From contig CM052817.1 of the NCBI GenBank assembly GCA_028534125.1, positions 57,786,001 through 57,850,000 of the forward strand: DNA of 64,000 nt, in the 5' to 3' direction. The position numbers were made by a program, and so were the translations under genes. The first letter of the stretch is position 1, and each line of letters begins with the position of its first letter. Shown here one piece after another: positions 40,721 through 55,065 of this stretch. This stretch comes from Lama glama. Taxonomy: Eukaryota. The notes beneath the pieces were generated by a model, which saw only the letters and a list, made by a program, of their open reading frames with translations, ran no database searches and was not told the DNA's origin.

Positions 40721-43700
40721 CTTTACAGTTTGAGAGCTATTTTGTGGATAGGTGACTGGCCAAGAAAAAATCAGAGGACCAAAGGTTCTGCTTTTCTATT
40801 ACAGTGATGAGGAAATGTGTTGAAATTATAAAAAGGCTGTATGTTAAATATGAAGAATTTTCTAACAGGTAAACTAACAGTTTAATAAGTAGTTAGAGAA
40901 AGTTGACTTAATGATGTACCTAGGCTATAAACCTTTCCCTGTCCATTCTTGTACTGATGTCAGTGTTTCATTTGGTAAAGATGTAAGCGCTAATAGCTGT
41001 CAGTACCTGTTCATTGTTAGCAATTTTGAGTAGCAGGATGCCTTTTCTAATATATACAAACAAACAGAGGGGAATCATGTGATACAACATGTGAAACTCT
41101 CCTGGGACATGCAGCAATCTCTATGATATAGTAGGGCAAGCACTGAGCCCAGCATCCTTGGGATTCAGTTTGTTCCATCTGAGTCATTCGCTAATCATGT
41201 CACCTTGGTTCACTTGATTTCATCAAGCCTCAAAAATCAATTTAAAAAATGGAAAACACGTTCTTTTTTTCTTCCTATCTTACTGTGAAGCTGTTGTAAC
41301 AACAACAAGCTCTTAATAACTATGCTGTGTACCTGAAACTATGTGAACAATTTGAGAATCACAGAGGACCATCTATAACATAAGGTCGTATCGGTGGTGG
41401 TCCTTACTCCAAAGAGTTCACGATGGGCAGAGAAGTCGACAAGTAAGCCCAGTAGAGTATGATCAGTCCTGCGGCCATGGTGCCACCAGTGTCCTCCGGA
41501 GGACTAAGGGAGAACAGGAGAGGACTAGAAATAGAAAGCTTGGTTGTGCCAGGCTCTGGGCTCACATTTATCCCAGGTGGTCACCACATCTCTGAGATGT
41601 GAATTTTATTATTCTCATTTCATACAGATGATATAAATGGATAACAAAACAATCTGGTCATGGTTACATAGCTAATGAGTTTAGTGTAATTCGATTCTTA
41701 ATGGAGAGCTAGAGAAGGCTACCTCATACATCCTTAACTGCAGGGGCCATTGCTAGAACTCAAATTTCTGGAATTCAAACTATACCACATGCAACAGATT
41801 ACAGCTGCTGACAGTGGGAAAATATGGGAACTCTTGACATGGAGATCCTAAAGGGCAAGGTTCCTATTTACTAGAGAATTTGTTTTTGACATGGGTCCTA
41901 TGCTCATATTGCTGTTTTAATTTTTTCTTTATCAAAAAAAAAAAAAGGAAAGAAAACACAGACACAACAACCACCTCATCCTATCTGTGACCTTCAGCAC
42001 CAAGCAAGACCTAAGAGAATATGAGGACAAATTTGTGGCAGACTTAGAATCCTGTCTGTCTCATTTCCATGGTTTTCTTGAAGTTAAGAGGCTTGTAATG
42101 ATTCCAGCCTGATAAGGAGAAAAAGACACTGAACTAAGCGTCCAGAGTTTAAAATAGATCCGGGAAAACCATTCTTTTAGCTTTAATGAGATTTGTCAGA
42201 ATAACTGTTACACAGAGATGTTCTTTTTTTTCCCAAAATCTAGGAACATTTCTTGTTCATTCTTGTATCCTGAAATTTATCATAGCATACGGCACTGCAC
42301 AGAAATTCACTGAATATTAGTTGAATACTAGATGTGAAAGGAGGTAGCAAGATAAATAGGACCTCATATAATTTTTGTAGGGTCTTTATAGGCACTATAT
42401 TTGCCCATAAGGTAGCTTTTTAAATAGTTTTGCTATTAGAGTCATTATCGGTTGCTGTCTAAGGGACCACTTTCAACCTTCGGTGAAAATACAACGTTTA
42501 AAAAGAATGAAAACTAAGAATGCAAATGTGTCTAACATCGATCACATAAAGGGCTGGAAATGAGCAGATAAAAGACAGCAAGTTTTAATATCTAGACAAT
42601 AATTGGCCCTGAAAAGAAGTGTTGGCTCTATCAGCTTGTGTGAAATGTGCCTGAATGAAACCAAACAATGGTTTTCTCAAAGACAAAGTTAATATCAGCA
42701 AGTACATCAGTCTTACGTCAAGTTCTCTCCCAGCGAGATGTACAGAAAGCAACATAACTCTAACAAGAAAAACCTCAGTGCTGTATTAACTGGGAATTGC
42801 ATTGAAAATCTTTTAAAGCATATTCCCTAAAGTAACAAATTTAATGCTAAAAAAACTAATAAATCTTCTTTCAATAAGGAAAGGAACATATAGAAAACAA
42901 ATTATGAAAGAAATATTTAGAATTGAGAAAGAAGCTCCTAGGTATTGACATTAAAAGCAAGTTTCAAATCAATTTGAAAAATAAATAATATAGACAAAAC
43001 AATCAAAGTAAAAAGGAAGAAAGTTCACAAAGACATTACAGGAATATACAATTTCAAAAGCAAAGTTTACTAAACTTTAAAAATTAATTTTAAAAGAAGA
43101 ATTTATCTTGAGGGTAGCATAATCCATCTCTTTCTATGTGTTTGGCTGATTGGGTTCAACGACTGGTTAGAGAAAAACTAAATGAACATTTTGGGCTGAA
43201 ATAATTCCACACACAAAGAAAGAACAATGGATAAATTAAATAAAATTTGGTACACTGATTCATATTCACATATATCCGTATTTGGGAAATAACTAATTTC
43301 CCCAAATTTTTAATGTGGTAGAAAGTCTGAATTCCAAGCAAACATCCAAATTTGTCTGGGCATAAAAAAGCACAGATCATCACTATCACCTTGAGTACCA
43401 TCACTCCTACCTTTGTGAGGCAGTATGGGTCGGACACGAGGATCTACTCTAAGGCTCTTCAAATTTTATTATTAATTAAGGCTCTATCTATTAGAAAGGG
43501 TCTAAGCACAGGAAGTTGAAAAGGGCTGGGCCCTCAAGCCATCTTGTTCACATAATTTTCCCCAGCACGTAGATCTGAGAGATCTATTTTGGATTAAGAA
43601 AGAGCAAATATATGCAAAATTTGCACTGGATGTGAAGCTAGTGGTTCTTACACATAATTCTGCAGTATGATGTCAGTTGGTTCCCTCCCACAAAGGAGGA

Positions 43701-44964
43701 ACTGCTAAATCAAAATGGTTTCAACCAGATCAGACATCACAGTCGGCAGAACTTATCTGTGCTTTTGAATGGATCTTCACTTACTGTGCAGAAAATCTAT
43801 CACACCCCAAGATAGCTCCCGAAATTAGAATGCTCTAGATAAACCAGTATAACCGATGGATAAAATAAATTACAAAGCCTTTCTCTTGAATCTTGATCAA
43901 AATTCAGAGACAACTGTTCTGCATCACAAAAGCTAACTAGTTCTAAAGGTTTTTCTCTGCTCCTAATGAAATCATTATTGCTAAAGTATTCCAGGGGAAA
44001 ATAAGTCAAGAAGCCTGTTGTCTCAGCCGGGGCCGCTCAGACTTCCACACGGCTGATGAGCCTCGACGGTGACAAACGACAATTGTTCCTCAGCGCGCAG
44101 GCTTTGCTCCCTCTCATCTTCTTGCAACTGAACACTGTCACATTCCTTACAGAGGAAACACATTTCATAGTTGTCATCCTCGCATAAAAGGCAGAAGCAG
44201 GGGAAGTTCTTTTTTCAATCTGCCTAAACATTTCATTTTGTTATTTATATATCAATTACCATACGAAAGCATTGAGTATGTGTTTGGATATAAAATGTGG
44301 AAAGTTGTTTTGGAAGACATTACTTTCAAAGGAAAACACACAGTGGAAAGTCAGGAGCACAAGATCATCCCTTTTCAAGAGCAATCGGAAGCTTCCTGCC
44401 TTGCTAGTCTTAATCTTCTTTCTGGCATCTTAGGCTCACCAACTGCCTTATAGTGGATGCATGTGGTTCTGCCCATCTGTCCAACAGTCATTCTGATTTA
44501 TGTGGTTTACTAAGAAAACATTTATTGCAGTATGAATAATGCATAGTGATAAGCAGTTCTGATATCTCCAAGACTTATCTTATGAGTGAAATCATTGCTT
44601 TGTTGTTAAGGAGAAAGTTAATTTCATGTATCCATGTACCATCCACTAGGATGTTGCTATAAAAGTATGGAAAAGCAAGAAATTTTGTGATAAGTATGAT
44701 GTATTTAAGTAATTTCATTAGAATAGGCTCATATTCCACAATATACCAAAGTACTAATATGCACCAGAGTCACGTGGACATCTGAAGTAGAGAATATCTT
44801 TGCCATTTTACACATTCTTGCAGTTTGTCTTTTGAAAGTTAAGATCAGAAGTTCTGGGTAGTCAGGTTTTTTTTTTTTTTTAAAGAAGACAATATCATTT
44901 ATATTTGCTTTTAGAAGAAGGAAATAGTCCACATTTAAATGAATAAAACTAATTCTATGTTTCC

Positions 44965-45111
44965 TTTTTTAAAAAAAATTTGTTTGTTTGGTTTTTGCAG
45001 GGGTGGATAATTAGGTTTATTTATTTATTTTTAATGGAGGCACTGGGGATTGAACCCAGGACTCTTTGTATGCTAAGCATACACTCTACCACTTATCTAT
45101 ACCATCCCCCC
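44965..45111 (-). mobile_element. tRNA-derived SINE (vic-1-like), second copy
   Basis: Minus strand GGGGGGATGGTATAGATAAGTGGTAGAG...CTGGGTTCAATCCCCAG...AAATAAATAAACCTAATTATC; shares its tail motif with 8258-8414; imperfect TSD TATGTTTYCTT. Confidence 0.9.
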
Positions 45112-45124
45112 TCCTCTTATATGT

Positions 45125-45600
45125 TTTCTTGAGTAGTGGCAATGTGTTTGGCAGGTCTGAAGAACAGCAAGGAGGCCAGTATAGCTGGAGGGCAGTGCCC
45201 AAGGAGAAAAGGGACAGGAAATGACATTATTGAGAACCAGATATCGTATGGCCTGTGACCACAGCCTACCCTCCTATGTGTGACAGGAGGTCACTGGATG
45301 GTTGAGGGCAGGGGAGGGGTGCTTTGGTGTGTTTCAAAAGAATTACTCTGACTGCTGGAGACAGGCTACCCAGGGTGTGTGAGTGGAAGCAGGGAGGCCA
45401 GGTAAGAGGGGAGGGAAGGAGTCTAGACGAGAGACGATGAAGGTCTGGCCAGAGTGGCGGTGATGGGGAAGAGAGACTTGGGGAGATCAGGGATATATTT
45501 TCAAATACAGGTACATTGATTAGGTAGAGGATTGGAGGGAGGATGTGTAAGGAGAGGAATCAAGGATGCTTTCACAGTTTTGGCCTGAGCAACCAAATAT
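45125..45600. mobile_element. L2 LINE remnant
   Basis: GAAGAACAGCAAGGAGGCCAGTATAGCTGGAG...GGAATCAAGGATGC...TTTTGGCCTGAGCAAC. Confidence 0.8.
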
Positions 45601-47849
45601 GTATGATATATATTCAGATGCTGTGAGGGCGAAGTAAGGTGAGATGACTATGCATTTCAGCAGTTTGGGGACGTTTTCAGAGTTCTGAAGGCTTGCGTGG
45701 GCCTTTCTAGCCTGGGTAAAATTCAGTCAGGAGGCTTAAAGCCCTCTCACAGGTCAGACAGAATGAAAAGTTACAGGCTGTGTTAGGTAACTGGGAGATA
45801 TTTTGAAGACACTGTCTGCCTTGACTGAAGAGTTTTGTTAAATGATTGTGAAATATTTGGTTGAAAAGAAAGGAAGACTGGATAAAACAGGGCCTTGAAT
45901 AACAGGATTAGGCCTTGGGGCTTGATTCTATGGGTCGTGGACAGCCACTGGCTAACTTGGCTAGTAACTTCCAAATTCCCAGGATATTCTATTAAAGGAA
46001 GGACTGCCAAAAAACATTTCACGTATTCTGAAGATGGAGATCAATGTAGACGCATTTATAATCTGGTTGAATTCTGAAAAGATCAAGATTGCTAAAGAAA
46101 ATGCTACCACAAATTGCATTTTACACACACATGTGCCGCACCCACACCCACACACTAAACCATCAGTCATAAGATACGCCCTCCCACCCCAAGTCAGTCT
46201 TTTGTAGTTTCCTTTTAAAAGGTATCAGTTTCAAATAAGAAAGAATATGTGAAGGATGGAAGAAATTTCATTCTTTCCATAAATGATGAAAACACAAATA
46301 TTTGTCAGATATAAGAAATACACTTCTTTTTTTCTCAAATAGTTCCAGGATATTTATTACCTGAAAAATAGGTACTTTGGGGAATTTATTTTCCCCTAAA
46401 GCCTTCATTTTAAAAAAATCATAGTTGCCCATATTTTTAAAATCTGAAAAACTAATTACTACTTGCAGCTGAAATCTCTTCCAAATACATACATCAATGG
46501 TTTGATTCTTGTTACATTTTAGTAAACTCTTAGGTCCAAAAATACAATTTACTTTAAAATGTGATCCTAGGCATTTGGGATGATCAGACCTACTAGTTAC
46601 TATTAACAAGCTAACAGTCAGAGATTACAGAGAGGCCAAAGACTGTAAAGGTCCTCCTAGTCCAAGGACAAGGCCTGTGTTCATACGTAAAATGAACTAA
46701 ATACTGCAGATGGGGTTATCTAACTCCAACAGAAATAAACTGACCATAGTAAAAAGTATTTCAAAGAAGTGACACTTTTACAAGTTCTTATATATTATCA
46801 GACAGGTTAACAAAAATACCGAAAGGTTATTTGTCAAGTTGGGGATTTGGGCATGCTGTAAATAAAGCATATTAAAATGAAAAAGGTAAAGTTTTAAGGA
46901 TACAAGAAGATAAGAGGATGACAGCTATCTCAGAACCCACAATACTTATACTAAGATTTAGTAATAAGATTTTGCAAAGTCAAATTGTGAGTTAGGCCCC
47001 CAATGATCAGATATGCCTGCCAAAAATGAGAGAGCAAATAAATTATTCAATCTACTTGGGCAGGTCACCTCATTCCTCCTTGAAGAGCTTTGTTAAAATT
47101 TATCTTGAAATTCAGATGTGGAACCCAGTATTACTAGCAAAAAGAAAATTGTTGACATGGTATCTTAATTTGGTTTGATAACTAGGATCAAGAGGAATAA
47201 ATGGAAGAAGTGAATTATAATCTGATTTTTTGAGAAATAATAAGAGACCATGAATGCTATGATACCTCACTCAGAGACAGCCTTATTTCAAACTTGAAAG
47301 GGAGAGAAAGAGGTTGGGGAAGAAATCTTCAAACAAGGTCCATAATATTAGTACACTACATATACTCATCATGATTAACAGCTAGATGTCAATGCCTAGA
47401 GCACTAGAAATTGGTCTTATATGGCACAATTCTTCTGATGATGCCTGGTGTAGTATATTGCACATAGCATGGTTTTAACAAATATCAGATGAATGGATGA
47501 ATAAATACATAGGTGAATGGATGTACAACAAACACTATAACTGTATTTTTCAGTATCTATGAAGCTGAGATGAAGCTGAGATGATTTTTTTAATCAGTTG
47601 AACAAACGTAAGCGAGAACTAGGAGACTAAGAAGGAAAATTAGGCTCTTTGAGTTCTAATTACAGTTAAAGCAGAAGAATGCTTAGTCACATAAATGCTG
47701 AGTAGTGTGGAATATTACAAATACCATTTATTATGCTTTTGTTAGGAATCCAATACATACTTATTATAGGAAACTGGAGAAAGGGTAAGCGAGCAAAGAG
47801 AGACAGTAAGATGACTGCAATCCGTGCCCCAGAAGAAGTCACTCAGTTG

Positions 47850-48030
47850 TAGTGTTTCCTCAAGGACAGTGTGGGAGGGCTTTTTGTGGCTGGCACGATG
47901 CCTGGGGAGCACTACTGGCATTTAACGAGTAAAGACCAGGACAGGGAAGCATCCCATGGTGAATGGGAGCATTCCCCAAAGCAAAGGATTATCCAACTGG
48001 AAATGCAGAGTGCCTCATTGAGAAAAACAG
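47850..48030 (+). mobile_element. MER20-like hAT-Charlie MITE
   Basis: CTACTGGCATTTAACGAGTAAAGACCAGG...CAAAGGATTATCCAACTGGAAATG...TTGAGAAAAACAG. Confidence 0.75.
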
Positions 48031-48084
48031 AGAGCCTGGTGCATCTACTTCAGGCCCTTATTCATACATATAATACACACAGTT

Positions 48085-48470
48085 GTTTTTTTAATTAAAA
48101 CTGGGTTATATGATCCAAATTATTCATATTGTTTTATAATCTGTTCCTTTCACTTAATGCAGCAAGAACATCCTTCCCCCTCATCAGTTATTCTTCTGCA
48201 CCAACATTTTAATGACTGCTCAGTGTGATCACTGTATGGATCAACCATAATGCATTTAACTAAGTCTCCATTGTCAAACTTCTAGCATTTCTTTCAATTT
48301 CATATTATAACCAATGCTGAGATGAACATCCTTATATCTAAGTTTATGGTCATTTAAATTCTCTGAAGTGAAATCGTTGATTCAAAGGATATAAATAATT
48401 TCAATTCTTTTAATACAGACTTCCAGCATGTCCTCAAAAATGATTTGTATCAATTTATTATATAACCACA
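48085..48470 (-). mobile_element. Ancient L1ME-like fragment
   Basis: TTTTATAATCTGTTCCTTTCACTTAAT...TTTTAATGACTGC...AATGCTGAGATGAACATCCTT. Confidence 0.65.
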
Positions 48471-50469
48471 TTGTTGGTGACTGAAAGGACAGCTCAACGT
48501 TAAGTTGCCAAAAATGTGAAACACCAACTGAGGGCACTGTACCCCCGGGTAACAGCTGGTCCCTTCCCTGTCTCACATCTAAGTAGAAGGTACAAGGACT
48601 ACTATGAAATACGCTCACAGTTGAGACAGTGAAACTAAATCATAAAAGTTCAAGTACCAGACCCTTTCATTATTTTTCCATCAGTGAAGCATAAAAAGAA
48701 AGAAGAAGAGATTTTCAGGGAAACAAATGGAACATTAGTTTGTCTTTTCCTCAGAACCCTCCTCTGCGGAGGCAGGTGGTGACTCATGAGGTTGGGGGAG
48801 GTCTGTGAGCAGGAAGACCGGCATCTCATTCCCTGGCAGGATGCTGCCAATGCTAACAGTGTGTGAGCAAACCAACACCAAGACGTGGGGTCTGACATAC
48901 CCTGTGGGAGAGTTCAAGCTCGATCTCCATCAGCCCCACACACCCTGACTGCTGAGAGTCGAGGCCGCCGTAAGAGGAATTCCTAGGTTTCCCATGGGTC
49001 CAGATCAGGCCTTGGAATGTGGAGGTCATGGCAGGAGAGCCAGACCCCTGAGGGGAGGAGAGGACCAGCCAGCCACATTCAGACCACAGAGTACCACATC
49101 AGAGAGTCACCCAGGACACAAGTGTCTGTGTGGAGGGAAAACCAGACCCACCAAGAGCAAAACGTTCCTGCTCCCACTCCTTGTCCTGGTCTCCCTTTGC
49201 AGATGTACAACCCCATCTCAAGTGAACTTGGGATAGGGAACTTTAGGCTTCTATCAAGCTCTGGCCACAAATACATCTTGAATTTGATCGAACATTTATA
49301 TAACGATTCTGTTTTACCCTGGAAATAACGAAACAAAATAAAATACAAGGCTTTAAAGATTATACACCAGGTCTTAGTGCTTATCATGAAGGTGCTCAAG
49401 TCAGATGAGCTTGGGGTCGTTCCTCCTCTGGACCTGCCCCCCTTCTAAAAAGTCTTGGCATGAAAAATTAGAGTGAGGAGAACCTCTCTGGCTTCCTTCC
49501 CTTTGCTGGACTTCCTTGCCTTTGAGTAAAAGGGAAAGGGGCCAGGAAGATGCCTCAGCCAATTTTCACGGTCGCAAACTACTTAGACCTGCCCCCATCC
49601 AGGTCAACAGGGAGCTTTGTCAGGATTTGGTACAAAAGCTTCTTATGAATAGAGTCCTTTCTTTGGTCTTGTACCAAGGGAGCTTACAGAAAATGGCTAT
49701 GAAAGAATAGGATTTGGATATGGGATGCTGAGTCCTGATAATCCTCTAAATGCCTCTAATCCAGAACCTAAAAAACAAGACTTATTAAGAAAAGAAAGAA
49801 AAGAAGGAGCGGGGATAGTTTCCATTAGCCTGGGTCGTCTCACACCTGTGTTCCACGGAGTACCCACAACTGTTCTCCATGGGTTTGGCATCAAAAAAAA
49901 AAACATGATTGAAGACAAAAACTCTACCCCTAACACAAGATATTAGGGCTCCTAGATTTTCTTCAGTTTAAAAGAGAAACTTTTTAACTCTGTTTAATCT
50001 AGTGTTTCCCAAAACTGTTTATTTCCAGTTGTAACGTGTATGTAATGTTCAGTGGAACCATATGGGGGAAATCTGACAAAAAATAATAGTAATATGACGG
50101 CATTTTATTTAGCTAAAAAAAGTAGACTGTTCAGTGAATGTTTTCTCTCCTTTTTGTGTTTGCAATTTACTTACTAAATAACATCAAAATATAAATAAAT
50201 ATGCAAGTGAACTTCTATAATCATGTATCTAACACAACTCAGAGAAAATGTAGGCCCTTCTTAGCAAAAGGTTGCAACTGCACAGTGCATTATAGTTGGT
50301 TGTTTATCTTTTGTCTGCAATACCTCATTTCATTCACACACTGATCCTGTGCAGTGGCTGGCCAGTTATAGACCAGTAGGTTTGGTATAGAAAGGTTAAA
50401 TGAGTTTCCAGAGGTCTGGCAATGCATAATTGAGCAAACTGGCCTAAAATTCAAGCCATTAAGCACAGA

Positions 50470-50625
50470 CTTAAAACATTTTGAACTCATTTAATCCAAC
50501 ACTTTTATTTCACAGATGAGAAAATCTGTGCTCAGAGGGGTTAGATGACATCATCCAGCCCCAAGAGAAAGACAAGACCAACTCCACGCTCCCTGACTTA
50601 AAGCCCATGCTCTCTACACTAAGCC
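50470..50625 (-). mobile_element. MIR SINE remnant
   Basis: ATTTCACAGATGAGAAAATCTGTGCTCAGAGGGGTTAGATGAC. Confidence 0.7.
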
Positions 50626-52020
50626 AGGCGTCTGCTATGCATGACCAAGTCCAGTGGTGCAGGTAAACCAGGAACCCAGCACAGAGACAGAGGCCAGCTG
50701 GCTACCATGGTGGGTCCAACAACAGATGTTAGAGCAGCTTTAGTCAGAACATTTGTCACCTGCCTTTGGTTCAGACACAAATGTTAGTTTCCCTTTGCAG
50801 GAAGAAGGATTATTACTATATGCAGTTATTAGTATTTTGTGAAGATAATTTTTTAATGTGTCTATTTTAGATATGTCATAACATTCAAGTTAAAGTACTT
50901 TTAAGGCTATTACATGCTTTGTGTGACAATTATATTGATCCCCAAATGCAGCAACAGAAGTAGGAAGCATACGCCTTTTCCAATTTTGCTACAGATAGTA
51001 ACTTACATACAATCCACTGAGGAAAAACTGGGTCCTTAAGGCACAACTGTATGTACCTGCTCAGAAAACTAACGTGGCACGAAATAGGACAGTGTCTATT
51101 GAAAGGATCTTCTGCATTTTTTCAGGATTGCCAACAGTCAAATAGAATAAAATGTATACACATGTGAATTGGAGATGATTTGCTAATACGGCTTCCCAGA
51201 CATATCATTCCCCTGTAAGCACTGACAGTTAAGTGCTACTTGATCTCCTTAAACACAAAATTCACATTTTTCTTCACTACCCACAAAGCTGCAACTGAAT
51301 TCATTCTTATGAATTGAGTTCCAAATAGATTTATCATACTGTGTTGGTATGAAGAATACAAACGAAAAAGTAAGATAGTTTCCACCTCTAATCAGGAAAG
51401 TAAAATCTCTATATATTCCTTCTTTTTATTTTTCATTTGTTCATTGAATTGTTTATTTATTCAACAAACATAATTTCTGTTTCAGCATTCTTTGTATTAA
51501 TGTACACTATAGTCTTAATAAGAATTAAATACTACTTTTGGAATTTTCAAAACATCTGCTTAGTGGTACCAGAATTACCTCGTAAGGAGGAATATTTAAA
51601 TTGTAACTTTAATATACAAATGTTTCGTAAAGTTTTAATAGTTTCTTGTAAAAGAATTACCTCATATTTGAGTTGGCAAACTACTCATTTTCCCCTCATA
51701 GAAAAACAATTAGATTGATGAAATATATCACCGAATTCTAGTTCCCATAATTATGTATTTGTATGCAAAACACAATCGGCATCTCATTTACCTTATTTCT
51801 GTTCCTTTTAATTCAAGTAAACATATTTTTTTCTAGATTGTGTGTGCTTTGAATATTTTGAGAAACTAGAACCTTTCCATTGTCTCTTGATAAAACAAAT
51901 ACCACTGTCAAATGTCTCCCTGAAAATTAGAAAACTAAAAGCCTGTATTTGAAGGGACAAAAAAACCAAATTATTCTCACTTTTTGGGAATATTCAACTT
52001 GATTATCATTGAAGTTTGGG

Positions 52021-52078
52021 ATAAGATTATTGCATATCATAAAAAATAAATAAGATTATTGCATATCATAATAAATAA
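52021..52078. repeat. Tandem duplication, 2 x 29 bp, followed by (TAAA)n
   Basis: ATAAGATTATTGCATATCATAAWAAATAA at 52021 and 52050. Confidence 0.9.
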
Positions 52079-54974
52079 GCAATAAATAAATAAATAATTT
52101 TATTCTTTTTATTCTTGTCACTTAAAATTATTATTTTTTTCCAGGTTTTCCACTGAATTATAAGGTAGAAATATGGCTCAGATGGTAATAGAGGTTTAAA
52201 CGAAACACCTAAGTTTAAAATCATCTGACAGTTTAAAAATATCTGATTAATGAAACACTATCAAAAATATCATGGTATCTTTGCATTTGAAGGGGCAACA
52301 GCAGTGGATGTGAGACACGTGCACAATGGAAATGAGCTCATACAAGTACGGGCACTGCTCTTACATTGCATCCTGCAGAATTTTAATCCACATTGAGCAT
52401 TTATGAAGGAATAAACCAACTGCACAAGTATGATTTAAAGCTGTTCATCAGTGTGCCTTGGAGCAGTTCTTTCACACTCTTCCTATAATGTATTTCTCTA
52501 ACAAACAAAACTATCATCACCATTGTGTCTCTGAAGACTGAAATTGGATTTGTAGTTATGTATATATGGTAACGGTTAAATGCTTACAAATTATTAACCA
52601 CTGGTTCTAGGATTCGGGTGGAAGTATTTTTATGTTCCTGTGTCTAAACAGCCAAAGTGTGGAGGCTTTTATCTCCATATATACGAGGTAATTTCAGTCC
52701 ACCAACAAAAACAAAATTTAAAGTACAATATTTATTGACAGGGTACGTCTCTCATTTCTAACAGAAAGCATTTTTTCCTATGATGGATATATACTTGTTA
52801 CAGACACCTGTTCCCAAAGACCAGAGATGCTCCTTTTCCCCAGGGGTAAATATATCGTGGCCCTGCCTTGATGGCACATTTCTGGAAGGCAGGAGCCAAC
52901 CAAGTGTTAGCCTCCTTTGTATTCCCCACATGCCCAGCTGAGCGCCCAGCACATACAAAGTATCCATTAAATGACTGAATGCTATTGAATTTTACTGAAA
53001 ACGTAAATTGTAAGCCTATGTTCCTTACAACTTTATATGTAATGTATAGAGTGCTTTCCCATTTACAACCTTGTAAGATTAAGGGTCATTAGGAATTAAG
53101 ATTCATCCATCCTGAACCCAGGAAAATACTATGAGATACATAGAAAGCCCATCATAATAGATGTGTTCCTAAGTGGAGACAGTTTACGTAATATTAGTAG
53201 ACTTTCATGAGTACAGAATATTGCCTTCACATACCACATTGCGAAACAGTACTGATTATATACATTTTGAAGCAAATCAGTTAGGTCAATTAGGTTTTTT
53301 AATTACCACATTATGCTTTCACTTAAGATTATAATGATACTAATAGTATACGTCACTCCCACCACAAATACAAATCAGGGAATTCACTATGTCACAAAGC
53401 TTTTAGATTAGGTTTAAATGTAACTATCAATCTTGTTAGTTACCTTCTGAGGTCAAGTACAAAGCAAGACTCAAACTTCTAATGATTTGAGATAATATAT
53501 CAATCATTCCTAAACATTTAAGGAAAAGGTTTACTGTAAATGAAAATGTTTCACTAATGTTGACATCTCTCACTAGTTTCTTATAAAGAGTATTATGATC
53601 ATGTCTATGATATGGGATGTTTCTGCAAAGAAACCTAAAAGGCCGTCTAAGACCTTTGGCTTATTTGTGGAATCAGCATTGAATGAGTTAGTTGATGGCA
53701 ACATTCATCATCTGATTAATAATTTAATCAGAAGGTCTGTAACATTCAAGTGTTTAAAAATAAATTTGCATCAAACTAAACATGACAGTTCTGCTAAATC
53801 AAAGGAAATAAGGATACTTAAATGTTATAGATCATAATATCAAGCCTGACATTTTTCATTCCTGCTTTGTTTTATTCATCTGACACACACTTGGTGAGCT
53901 AGCCTCTTATAAATTAAGGCAGCATTATCCATTTGAAATCAACATTTTCTGGATAACTGTGCTGGGGATAGTAAAAACTGTTTATAATCTGATCTAATTT
54001 TTCCAAAATGGTATGGTTTAGGAACTTTATTCTGATTCTTAAGAAAAAAATAAACAGATGAAACATAATCTATTTTAAGCATCAGAGGCTATAAATATTT
54101 CAAGCTTATATCTTGCACAAAAGATATCTCCAGGTACATAGGTCCTAAATTGGATGTGATAATGAAGCTGTACTATTTGTCAGACAGTGGCTTTATAGTT
54201 TATTCAGAACTTTTACATGTCCAGAAAATTACAAAAGTATAAACCTCAGGGACACTGAGGATCCAACTCTTCTAGGGACTTCCAGATAGCGTTAAAGAAA
54301 TGCTCATTTGTTCAACAAGGATTTATCTGAGGAGTAAATACATGCAAAGCACTATTGAAAGATTGGGATGGAGCAAATGTTCTAGTGAACAGCTGTAATT
54401 GTAAATATACATGCACCACATAACAACTCTTACTCAAGTGACTTTCTTTTATAATATTCTTAGTACAAGAGGATCATTTGTTCTCAATAGAAGGAAACAT
54501 AAATTTTGTTTTATGACATCACTGAACTTAAAACTTGAATGCCTCTGCCAATGTATTTGTAGCATGTTTCTGTTGTGCCAATCAAATGAATGGGCTTCAG
54601 GAAATGAGCTGTACAGCTAATAACCTCTTGTGTGCATACAGGCAAAAATATAGATCAGTAGATGTATTATTCTGATATATTTAACAAAGAAGCTAATAAT
54701 ATTTGATTACAAAATCTTAAAATTCAAGACATTCTATTTGTCCTTTAATCTAGTATCTTATAATTAGAAATTATTACTAAGGGTAGCTTCATTCATATGA
54801 TCAAATTCACAAAAACACTTAGGTATCTGTGATCATATCTCTCTGTTAACATCAAAAGGAGATGAGTACAGCAAAGCAAGCATGCTCAAGAGATTTACTT
54901 AGCAAAAATAAAAAGAGAAAAATAAAAATGAACAATGAGAGCTCTTGGTTTAAGAATACAAATCCAGAAACCAC

Positions 54975-55065
54975 AAAAGAGAGGAAAGAAAGAAAGGGAA
55001 GAAGGAAAGGATGGATGGATGGATGGATGGGTGGATGGAAGGAAGGAAAGAAGGAAGAAAAGAAG
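54975..55065. repeat. Purine-rich (GGAA)n/(GGAT)n simple repeat
   Basis: Directly visible. Confidence 0.9.

Noticed and set aside
41993..42013. REST/RE1 site (TTCAGCACCA...)
   Set aside because: Only the left half matches; the GGACAG right half is missing.
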